Shown here piece by piece: positions 32,059 to 41,136 of a DNA stretch of 64,000 nucleotides. Each line of letters starts with the position of its first letter. Positions within the stretch are counted from its first letter, which is position 1. Source of the stretch: Ignavibacteriota bacterium. Lineage in GTDB: Bacteria; Bacteroidota; Ignavibacteria; UBA10030. The notes below the pieces were generated by a model. It was not told where the DNA came from. It ran no database searches and saw nothing but the letters and a program-made list of their open reading frames with translations. The position numbers were made by a program, and so were the translations under genes. The stretch is taken from positions 2,240,001 through 2,304,000 of the forward strand of contig OY969585.1 in assembly GCA_963701295.1 (NCBI GenBank). Direction: 5' to 3'.

Positions 32059-32799
32059 ATGAATAAAGAAGATCTTGAACAAACACTCGTGCTCATTAAA
32101 CCGGATGCTCTCAAGAATTCGTTGACGGGATATGTGCTGTCTCAACTTTCGGAAGTTCACTCCGGTTTGCGTTTTGCCGGAGCAAAGATAGTCCAGGTGA
32201 GCAGAATGCTTGCCGATCAACATTATGCCGAACATAGAGGCAAGGTTTTTTTCCCGGCACTTTTAGATTATATCATGGGACTCGCGCATTACCCGAACGA
32301 TCCTTGGAAACGGAGAGTGATAGCATTCGTCTTCCAAGGTCCGGGGGCAATCGTGAAGATACGGGCAATTGCAGGTCCAACAAATCCTCATGAAGCCAGG
32401 GAGAAAAAACCGGGATGCATCCGTGCCTTGGGCACAATTGTTCCACTCAAAGATGCTGCCGGAAATGTCATTGGCGAACGAATCGATAATCTTATTCATG
32501 CATCGGCAACGGACCTTGAGGCTGAACGAGAAATCAAGCTCTGGTTTAAGCCTAGCGATATCCCCCCCTTAATGCACGCATATCCCTCTGAAGTCAACGA
32601 AGAACATTATTATTTCAACGATAAAAAGCTCTTAATGACACATGAACCAGGCAGCGTTTGCTTACTTGCACCCGGCGATTATGTTTGGAAATCCGATTTA
32701 GAAGCGTTGCGTTTGATCTATAAAGGACAGCCATCTCCTTGCTCTATTGAAATGGTCGCTGCCAAATATCTCATCAATGAAAAACGCGAGACTGTTTGA
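32059..32799 (+). CDS. ndk: Nucleoside-diphosphate kinase with C-terminal extension
   Basis: EQTLVLIKPDA, HYAEHRGKVFF, GPTNP, PGCIRA, NLIHAS, AEREIKLWF; ~80 extra residues. Confidence 0.85.
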   Translation: MNKEDLEQTLVLIKPDALKNSLTGYVLSQLSEVHSGLRFAGAKIVQVSRMLADQHYAEHRGKVFFPALLDYIMGLAHYPNDPWKRRVIAFVFQGPGAIVKIRAIAGPTNPHEAREKKPGCIRALGTIVPLKDAAGNVIGERIDNLIHASATDLEAEREIKLWFKPSDIPPLMHAYPSEVNEEHYYFNDKKLLMTHEPGSVCLLAPGDYVWKSDLEALRLIYKGQPSPCSIEMVAAKYLINEKRETV

Positions 32800-33112
32800 A
32801 GCGAGTGTATTTTTTTATTCGAAGAGCATAATTTCTTACCCCTTGTAGTAAGGAATGTCTTTTTTGTCTGACCCTTTTCTTTCCGATATAGCCTTCTTGA
32901 TAAATATGGAAACAGACAAGAATACAAGTTGTTTCGCTCTACGGAGACTCAAAAAATTATGGATTTCAAGAAACATCCAAAGAAATTTAAAATTTATCGA
33001 GTAATATGATGAATAGTGGAGCATATTAAAAAACACCATGGCACTTGTAAGTCTATGAATTGCGTCTTAGATTGATAGCAAGTATTGTTACATAAATAAT
33101 CAAAATCTTCTT

Positions 33113-34424
33113 ATGCGAAAAAGATACATTTATGCTTCAGCATTGTTCATTGTTTCAGTAATCATCGGCATAGGTTGGCACTCGACAGTCTTGAATGTTT
33201 TTAAAACAGAAGAGAAGAATCAACCTGTCAAGCTGTACTATGCTGATAATATTTCTCCATCACATCAGTTCGCCATTGACGAGTTTAATCGCCTGCACAA
33301 GGGAAAGATTGAAGTGATTCCCGTCAATCTACCGTTTTCTAAATTCAGGTACGAACGAACGGAAAGAGTTGCTTACACGTTCACTTCGCAGCAAGAGTGA
33401 AAAGCTCGATATCTTTGCTGTTGATCTGATTTGGGTGCCGCGGTTTGCGAAATGGTGTGAGCCGCTGGATTCCTATTTTTCCGCCGATGAGAAACGTCGA
33501 TTACTAAGGGATGCGATGCGGTCGTGTGTGTTCGAAGGAACATTGGTAGCGATGCCGATGTATCTCGATGTAGGTCTTATGTATTATCGTTGGGATATTA
33601 TTCGTAGGTTACCCGATGCGGCTGCGATCGAAAAAAGGCTCCAGGAATCAATTTCCTGGAAAGAAATGGCGCATCTACGCAAGCGGCTTGGGTATATGAA
33701 TAAACCCTTCTTTATATTTCCGGCAAAAGACTTCGAAGGGCTGGTCTGTAATTTCCTTGAATTGGCGGTCGGGGATGACCCGGGTTTTTTGAAATCGAAT
33801 ACCTTTCCAATGCTCTCTCCACCTGCAACGAAATCTCTTCAAATGATGGTGGACTTTGTGAAAGACGGGACGACCCCTCCAGAGGTAACAGACTTCGATG
33901 AATTCTTGTGTAATACATACATGCTTGACCACGATGCTGTTTTTGTACGGAGTTGGCCTGATTTTGTTCAAAGTTTTCGCACTTCTTACTCTGATACGGC
34001 AAAGCTCAAATACATTGCTAAAGCGCCTTTGCCCCATTTCGAAGGAAGATCGTCAACTTCTGTATTTGGGGGCTGGAATTTGATGGTGTCAAAGTCTTCA
34101 ACGAAAAAAGAAGCAGCAATTGAATTTATTCGGTTCTTTCAAAGCGAAAGAATTCAACGGTTGATTTTCGAGCGTACTGGATATTTACCTGCTATCAATT
34201 CTATCTATGAAGACAGTGTATTCCTGCACACCCACAGTGAATTGCCTTTTTTCCACAAATTACTCCATAACGGATTCCATCGTCCTGCGCTTGTCGAATA
34301 TACAAAAGTCTCAGACATTGTTTCTCATTTTACACATCTTGCAATCAAACAAGAACTTTCGGTTAATGAAGCTCTTACTCGCACAGATGAACTGATTCGT
34401 TCCAATGAAGTGCTGATCAAATGA
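33113..34424 (+). CDS. Extracellular sugar-binding protein (SBP family 1), split by a +1 frameshift at 33348-33349
   Basis: ORFs 33113-33400 and 33369-34424 join as LPFSKF-S-TNERKELLTRSL if one G is removed; DIFAVDLIWVPRFA, GGWNLMVS, AAIEFIRF. Confidence 0.85.
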
Positions 34425-35923
34425 TGAGAGTGAACAAGAGAAATCCTCAACGATTTTGGGACAGATACCATAAATATCGGATTGAAATCCGCCATCTCAC
34501 GGTCATTGCACTGGTACTGATTGTTTTCCAGTTCATTGTTCTCTTCATGAATCAGAATTCACTTCGAAAAGTATTTGTCAAATCTCAGCAATGGTATCAG
34601 CAGGATGCCGCTGAACGTATTGCCAATTTAACCACGACTTCCATCGAAATGCTTTTAGAATCGAAAGATTTGAAGGCAAAACTTTCTGACAGCGAAGAAC
34701 GGAAAATCATTCAGGATTTTAACATTATTTTTAGCCAGCAATTGTTAGACAAGAATGTTCAAAGTGTATCTATCCTTATTCCACACGGGAAAGCAATCAT
34801 TGCAATCGACGATGGTAAGCAATTGTATGACTATTTGTTTGGAGAAACGAAAAGGATTCAAAGTTCGGATAGTGTGCATGCCGAGGCAATTCGATTGTTC
34901 CAATCGGTACAGGATACGCTCCGCAAAATAGAACAAACCTACACTGTCGTGGAGCGGGAACAGATATTTCATGTCTTTATTCCGTTCGTTCCTCGTGGAG
35001 AATATGTAGGTGCAGTCTATATGAAAATAACTCCCGATCTTATGTTTCTTACCGATGAAATGTCGAAGAACTATAGTCAGACAGCATTGGTATATTCTGC
35101 TCTCATTATTGTTGGATTACTTGCGATGTTCTATATCTCGACACGGACCCTAACTGAGCGGAATGAAGTGCAGCGGTTGTTATTTGAAGAACAGAAATTG
35201 CACTTGGCAGAACAAATCAATCATCAAAAAGAAATGCTTTTTACCAAGCGAATCTATCATACCCATCATAAGGCTGAAAAAATTGTCGGTTTTATTAAAG
35301 AAGACTTGCGAAGTCTAACGGCTGAAAACATAGGCATCATAAAGAACCGCATCGGCAAATATGCAAGCTTCATTGCCCGGGTGATCTATGATATGAAATG
35401 GTATGATCCGCCCATCCAAACAATTAGAAGCCCGCTGTTTAGAACGAACGTGAATGAGGGCATTCAATTTATTGTGGAAAACATTTTTCAGCGAGTGTCG
35501 GATAACCGACCAGCAGTGAAGTTTGAACTCCAGCTTGATCCCATGATACCTGAAGTTGCCATCAATGAATATGTTATTTGGGAAGTGCTCGAACCGATTA
35601 TCCAGAACAGTGTGGACCATGCTGGGGTAGAGAACAAAGTTGTCACCATTAAAACAGAATACGATCCTGCGCTGAAGCAATCGATTATCACGATTGCAGA
35701 TAATGGAACAGGAATTCGCTCAGATCTTTTGGAGAGTGATGGGAGTGGTATTAAGAAAATATTCCAAGAACAAGTAACCTCCGGCACCTTACCGGGTAAG
35801 GAACACTCTGGATATGGTTGTTATATTGCATATGAACTTGCGACACAGCGCTTCGGTTGGAAGATCGATGTAGAAAACCTTCCAGCCGGAGGATGTAAAT
35901 TTATCTTTATTGCACCGCATTAA
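34421..35923 (+). CDS. Membrane sensor histidine kinase (two TM helices, periplasmic domain, HATPase)
   Basis: N box IIQNSVDH, G1 IADNGTGI, G2 SGYGCYIA; start overlaps SBP stop. Confidence 0.85.
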   Translation: MMRVNKRNPQRFWDRYHKYRIEIRHLTVIALVLIVFQFIVLFMNQNSLRKVFVKSQQWYQQDAAERIANLTTTSIEMLLESKDLKAKLSDSEERKIIQDFNIIFSQQLLDKNVQSVSILIPHGKAIIAIDDGKQLYDYLFGETKRIQSSDSVHAEAIRLFQSVQDTLRKIEQTYTVVEREQIFHVFIPFVPRGEYVGAVYMKITPDLMFLTDEMSKNYSQTALVYSALIIVGLLAMFYISTRTLTERNEVQRLLFEEQKLHLAEQINHQKEMLFTKRIYHTHHKAEKIVGFIKEDLRSLTAENIGIIKNRIGKYASFIARVIYDMKWYDPPIQTIRSPLFRTNVNEGIQFIVENIFQRVSDNRPAVKFELQLDPMIPEVAINEYVIWEVLEPIIQNSVDHAGVENKVVTIKTEYDPALKQSIITIADNGTGIRSDLLESDGSGIKKIFQEQVTSGTLPGKEHSGYGCYIAYELATQRFGWKIDVENLPAGGCKFIFIAPH

Positions 35924-35946
35924 GAAGACAAGGAAAAAGAAATATT

Positions 35947-37410
35947 ATGTCAACTGATGAACGCATACAAGTCTTACTTATTGAGGATGAAGAGTTTGAT
36001 GTTCGCCGAGTACGAAATACACTCAAACCATTCGTGCATCAAATCGAAATTCGCGATGTTGTATCGAATGGTGATTCGGCTTTAGAACTACTTGCGCAGC
36101 ACCATGAGCACTATGATGTGGTGATTATGGATCTTCAGATTGCTGGTGGTACTATGGGGGAAGCGCTGATAAGGGCAATAAAACGAATAGCGCCTTCTCA
36201 TCAAATCATCGTTATTACGAAGATGACTGTCAATATCACAGACTTTGATTTTGCGAATCGAATTCTTCAGGCAGGGGCATTTTGGTACTGTACCAAGTAT
36301 CCCAGTGATATTGAAGATTATATTTATCAACCAACCGACTTCATCCTGAGCATCTTCAACGCGCATCAAAGGAAAAGGCTTGAGAGTGAAAAGTCGCGGT
36401 CAGAAAAGAAGCTGCTGCATAATGTCGAAGGTATGCTGTCCCGTACAAAGATTCTCGGAGTTTCAGAACAAATCCAGAAGATTCGAGCACAAATCAAACA
36501 GTTAGCAATGACCGATGCGACTGTGTTGATTTCTGGTCCATCGGGTACAGGGAAAGAGCTGGTTGCGATCAATATTCATTATGAAAGTAAAAGAAAATTA
36601 GAAAATTTTATTACCATTAATTGCGGCAGCATTCCAGATGAATTGATAGAAAGTGAATTGTTCGGTTACGAGAAAGGTGCATTCACAGGGGCGAATGCAA
36701 ACAAACGAGGACTTTTTGAACAAGCCAATCATGGTACAATCTTTCTTGATGAAGTTGCAGAGCTCCCTCTCGTTGCGCAGGTTAAATTGTTGAGGGTCAT
36801 CCAGGATGGTGAGATCGAAAAGATTGGGAGAACAGGAGAGAAAGTTAAGGTGGATGTACGGATTCTTGCTGCAACGAACAAAGTGTTACAGCAAGAAATT
36901 GCTACCGGGAGGTTTCGTGAAGACCTCTTTTATCGTTTACACGTTGTCCCTCTCTATGCACCTCCTCTCAAAGAGAGACCTGAGGATATTCTGGTTCTCT
37001 GGGAACATTTCATGCGTCAAATGAGTATCGACATGATTAGACCGACTCCTACCACAGAAGAAACCGCTTTTGATGTCCTGAAGAGATATGACTGGCCGGG
37101 CAATGTCAGAGAGATTAAGAATGTCGTACAAAGACTTCTCCTTCGAGAAGAAAACATTATTACTCCGGAAATTATTAAAGAAGTATTGTCTCTTCATCCA
37201 TCATCTCATCAATATTCCGATAGTAATGCAGTGTTCTTTCAGGATTCTGAAAACGCTCCTTCGTTGCGAGAGATGGAAGGCATTTTCAGAAAAAAATATT
37301 TCACATTTATCCGCAAGCATTCTTCGTCTGATGCAGAAGCAGCCCGAAAACTCGGTCTCGCTCCCCCGAATTTTCATAGGATGTGTAAAGAACTTGGGTT
37401 GAAAAGTTGA
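35947..37410 (+). CDS. Sigma54-dependent response regulator (NtrC family)
   Basis: REC (LIEDE, VIMD), Walker A GPSGTGKE, ESELFGYEKGAFTGA, LDEV, FREDLFYRL, WPGNVRE, HTH AARKLG. Confidence 0.95.
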   Translation: MSTDERIQVLLIEDEEFDVRRVRNTLKPFVHQIEIRDVVSNGDSALELLAQHHEHYDVVIMDLQIAGGTMGEALIRAIKRIAPSHQIIVITKMTVNITDFDFANRILQAGAFWYCTKYPSDIEDYIYQPTDFILSIFNAHQRKRLESEKSRSEKKLLHNVEGMLSRTKILGVSEQIQKIRAQIKQLAMTDATVLISGPSGTGKELVAINIHYESKRKLENFITINCGSIPDELIESELFGYEKGAFTGANANKRGLFEQANHGTIFLDEVAELPLVAQVKLLRVIQDGEIEKIGRTGEKVKVDVRILAATNKVLQQEIATGRFREDLFYRLHVVPLYAPPLKERPEDILVLWEHFMRQMSIDMIRPTPTTEETAFDVLKRYDWPGNVREIKNVVQRLLLREENIITPEIIKEVLSLHPSSHQYSDSNAVFFQDSENAPSLREMEGIFRKKYFTFIRKHSSSDAEAARKLGLAPPNFHRMCKELGLKS

Positions 37411-37574
37411 TACTCATGTTTTTTTACTCAAAGGTTTTTCGCTCTCCAATAATGAGTTTTCTTTTAAAGTTTCTTCTTTAGCGTTAATTATATAGTTGAT
37501 AATGCTACCATTATTAATATAATAATTCCTTTAAAATTAAATATTGACTCTAGCAGAAAATACGTGATTTTTGT

Positions 37575-37592
37575 TTGGTATAGATGTTGTTT
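37575..37592 (+). promoter_or_regulatory. Candidate sigma54 -24/-12-like element (variant -12 GT)
   Basis: TTGGTATAGATGTTGTTT has GG-N10-GT spacing; the first 13 bp (from 37574) are repeated at 37742-37754; lies right after a sigma54 activator gene. Confidence 0.4.
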
Positions 37593-37801
37593 GGAATTGA
37601 GGAGGTGTTTTTGGGGAAGAGGGCTGTACAAAATTTTAGCAAGGATGATAAGAGCAGTACCTGCTGTTTAAAGTAACAAGAGAGAGATTCAGTTCAGCGA
37701 TGAAATAATTTTGTCCATTGGCAATAATTGAACTTGTAAAATTTGGTATAGATGGTAAAAAGAGACTTAAACAATAAAGTATTTTTTAAGTAAAAAAAGG
37801 C

Positions 37802-37830
37802 TTGACTTTCATATAACGGTTTTCTATACT
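37802..37830 (+). promoter_or_regulatory. Sigma70-type promoter for the receptor operon
   Basis: TTGACT-N17-TATACT, ~90 bp upstream of the ATG at 37923, which has an AGGAG RBS. Confidence 0.6.
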
Positions 37831-37922
37831 ACCAGCCAACGTAGTATTTATTGTATGGCGTACTGGGCACTGTTGCAATCTAGTAGAGAACAAAAAAAGA
37901 ATTTTTTATAAGGAGTAAGTCT

Positions 37923-40900
37923 ATGTCATCGGATAAATACCGAATTCTTGTTTATTTTATTTTACTATTTGCACTGACGGTAAATATTGTTTTTGCGGGG
38001 ACGACCGGAAAAATAGCCGGCAGAGTTGTAGACAAAGAAACTGGTGAACCTCTCATCGGCATTAATGTCGTTGTTAAGGGGACATCTCTGGGCGCGGCTA
38101 CAGATATTGATGGGTACTATGCAATTCTATCTGTTCCGCCTGGTATCCATACTACTATAACGAGTATGGTCGGTTATTCTACGGTCACTGTGAATGAAAT
38201 ACGCGTTCTTATAGATCAGACTGCAACTGTTAATGTTGAAATGGTATCTCAAGCAATTGAAGCAGGGGTTGTTGAAGTCGTCGCAGAAAGAAATGTTATT
38301 AAAAGGGACGTATCCACAAGTGTATCTGCAGTGGAGCCGGAAGAAATTCAATCCCTTCCTATATCCTCCATTGATCAAGTTGTGGGTTTACAAGCCGGAG
38401 TTGAGGATGGCATGGTTATTAGAGGAGGCAGTTCGGATCAATTACTTTTGCAAGTTGATGGTATTACACGGCGTGATCCGAGAAACAATAATCCCATTTC
38501 TTCAGTTGCATTAACTTCAGTTGAGGAAGTTTCAGTTGAAAAGGGAGGATTTAATGCTGAATATGGACAGGTACAATCAGGTGTTATAAATATTGTCGGA
38601 AAGGAAGGAGGTGTTGCTAAATATTCTGGTGCACTGCAAGTCAAAGTTAGCCCTCCTGCTCCTAAGAACTTTGGAATATCTGTTTACGATCCTAATTCTA
38701 TGTGGAATAGACCCTATTTAGATCCTGCCGTGTGTTGGACGGGAACAAATAACGGTAATTGGGATTATTATACACAGCGGCAATATCCTACTTTTGAAGG
38801 CTGGAATGCTGTATCCCAAAGACTTTTAGCGGATAATGATCCGACGAATGATCTTTCTCCTGCTGCATGTCAACGTGTATGGGAATGGGAACATAGAAGA
38901 AGACCAAGCACAGATCAACCCGATTATAATATTGATGCGAGTCTTGGCGGCCCTGTACCAATTATTGGTGGGGTTTTAGGCAATCTTCGGTTCTTTACAA
39001 GTTTTATTATGGATAGAGAAATGTTTCTTATTCCTCTTACCCGTGATGATTACAAAAATTATGACTGGTCGATGAAGATAAATTCAGATATTAGTAAAGA
39101 TGCTAAATTGATGCTCACTGCTTCGACCGGTGCATTGTACACCACTGGTATGAATACTGAAGAGAATTATTTAAATAACCCTACTACTTTTGGCATTGCT
39201 AATGGAAGTACACCATATAATCCTACTGGATATTTCAGTTCACCAATATCAATTGCACAGGTGCTTACAGACCAAAGGGACAGCAAAATTTATTCTGATG
39301 GATGGTACAGCGGCGTTACTGTAAATTATCTCACATTAGCCGGAAAATTTACTCAAGTTGTTAGCCCGAGCACATTCTATGAAGTTAATGTGGAACACGT
39401 TGGCAGGAAATATCAGGCAGGTCCCATAGCTGCTCGAGATACTGCAAAAATCTATGAAGTAGTCCCTGGTTATTTTGTAGATGAAGCTCCATACGGGTAT
39501 AGTGCCACTTCGGCTAATTCTCCAATTTCAGGTATGTTCCTCGGAGGTCATTCAGGTGAATTAATTGATTCCAGTGTCGTCAATTCTTATACAGCAAAAT
39601 TTGACTTAACGAGTCAAGTGAACAAATCAAATATGGTTAAGTTTGGAGTTGAATTCAATACATACGATCTGAAATTAGACTATAAAGAAGTTGTTCCTGG
39701 TTATGGTGGTCTTAATGCTGTTAATGAAGACTGGAAACCTTATGAATTTTCTTCATATGTGCAGGATAAAATAGAGATGTACGGATTTATAGCCAATGTT
39801 GGCTTGAGAATGGATGTCAGCAATCCAAATACAGAATGGGTTGCGGTTGATCCGTTTGATCAAGCTTATTATTCGAGTAGTTACAATCCCGATGCTACCT
39901 ATCCCGAACAGAAAGCCCGTGTTGATGTTTCCTTTAGCCCGCGTATCGGTATATCGCATCCTATTACAGAAAATTCAAAATTATATTTTAATTACGGGCA
40001 CTTTAAGGAATTACCTTCGTACCAGGAAATATTCAGAATTGGTCGTGGAGCTACTGGTAGTGCATCAAATATGGGTGACCCCAACTTGACTCAGGCAAAA
40101 ACAATTGCTTATGAATTAGGTTATGATCATGTTCTTTTTAATAATTACTTGTTGCAAATTCAGGCTTATTACAGAGATATTTCAAATGTTCTTGGATATA
40201 CTAATTATACAAGTGATCTCAAAGGTGTTGGTTATTATTTAGCTACGAATAACAATTACGCGGATACCCGAGGTTTTGAGGTAACAATCAGAAAATCCGA
40301 AGGTGATTGGGTAAGGGGCTTGGTGACGTATACTTATCAGGTCACTACGAATGGTGCATTTGGACAAGCTGCTGTCAACGATGATCCGGCTGTGCAAAGG
40401 CAATTAGACGAGACTACGCAAAGCTTATATCAACAAAAACCGGTTCCTCAGCCACATGCGCGAGCAAGTGTAACATTTTTAACACCTAAAGATTTTGGGC
40501 CAAATTTCGCAGGGATTAAACCTTTAGATAGCTGGTCTCTTAATGTTTTGACAGATTGGCGTGCTGGCGCGTGGATAAATTATAATCCAAATAATGCACC
40601 TGAATACCAAAATATTCCCAATGTTCAATGTTCAGATTATTTTAATATGGACCTTCGGTTAAATAAATCATTCAATTTTGGGAAATTTAATTTGATGGTT
40701 TTCATGGAGGTAAGGAATTTATTTAATATTCAAAGGTTGTCAGGAAAAGGGTTCTATGATAGTTTCGATCAGCAATTTTATTTTCAGTCGTTACATCTGC
40801 CAGGAAGTACTGCGTATGACAATATTCCTGGTAGTGATCGAGTTGGTGATTATAGAAAAGATGGTGTTGCTTTTCAACCAATAGAACAAAGTGGTAATGT

Positions 40901-41120
40901 GTATGCTGAAACAAATATTCGTCCTACTGCAATATATTATAACACACCTACTAAAGAGTATATGAGATATGCAAATGGTAGTTGGTCGCAAGTGCCGAGC
41001 GGCGAAATGAACAAGATCTTAGATGATAAAGCTTATATTGATATGCCAAATGACAGCTCAGTAAATTTTCTGGATCCGAGGCAGTTTTTCTTCGGAATAA
41101 ATTTATCATTTAATTTATAA
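37923..41120 (+). CDS. TonB-dependent receptor-like outer membrane protein with N-terminal carboxypeptidase-regulatory-like domain
   Basis: GKIAGRVVDKETGEPLIG..GAATDIDGYY, plug IRGG..VDGI and GGFNAEYG..SGVINI, SPRIGISHPI, C-terminal FFFGINLSF strand. Confidence 0.88.
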   Translation: MSSDKYRILVYFILLFALTVNIVFAGTTGKIAGRVVDKETGEPLIGINVVVKGTSLGAATDIDGYYAILSVPPGIHTTITSMVGYSTVTVNEIRVLIDQTATVNVEMVSQAIEAGVVEVVAERNVIKRDVSTSVSAVEPEEIQSLPISSIDQVVGLQAGVEDGMVIRGGSSDQLLLQVDGITRRDPRNNNPISSVALTSVEEVSVEKGGFNAEYGQVQSGVINIVGKEGGVAKYSGALQVKVSPPAPKNFGISVYDPNSMWNRPYLDPAVCWTGTNNGNWDYYTQRQYPTFEGWNAVSQRLLADNDPTNDLSPAACQRVWEWEHRRRPSTDQPDYNIDASLGGPVPIIGGVLGNLRFFTSFIMDREMFLIPLTRDDYKNYDWSMKINSDISKDAKLMLTASTGALYTTGMNTEENYLNNPTTFGIANGSTPYNPTGYFSSPISIAQVLTDQRDSKIYSDGWYSGVTVNYLTLAGKFTQVVSPSTFYEVNVEHVGRKYQAGPIAARDTAKIYEVVPGYFVDEAPYGYSATSANSPISGMFLGGHSGELIDSSVVNSYTAKFDLTSQVNKSNMVKFGVEFNTYDLKLDYKEVVPGYGGLNAVNEDWKPYEFSSYVQDKIEMYGFIANVGLRMDVSNPNTEWVAVDPFDQAYYSSSYNPDATYPEQKARVDVSFSPRIGISHPITENSKLYFNYGHFKELPSYQEIFRIGRGATGSASNMGDPNLTQAKTIAYELGYDHVLFNNYLLQIQAYYRDISNVLGYTNYTSDLKGVGYYLATNNNYADTRGFEVTIRKSEGDWVRGLVTYTYQVTTNGAFGQAAVNDDPAVQRQLDETTQSLYQQKPVPQPHARASVTFLTPKDFGPNFAGIKPLDSWSLNVLTDWRAGAWINYNPNNAPEYQNIPNVQCSDYFNMDLRLNKSFNFGKFNLMVFMEVRNLFNIQRLSGKGFYDSFDQQFYFQSLHLPGSTAYDNIPGSDRVGDYRKDGVAFQPIEQSGNVYAETNIRPTAIYYNTPTKEYMRYANGSWSQVPSGEMNKILDDKAYIDMPNDSSVNFLDPRQFFFGINLSFNL

Positions 41121-41136
41121 ATAAGGAATAACGATA

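Noticed and set aside
37855-37880. TGGGCACTGTTGCA as a sigma54 promoter
   Set aside because: GG-to-GC spacing is too short for -24/-12 geometry
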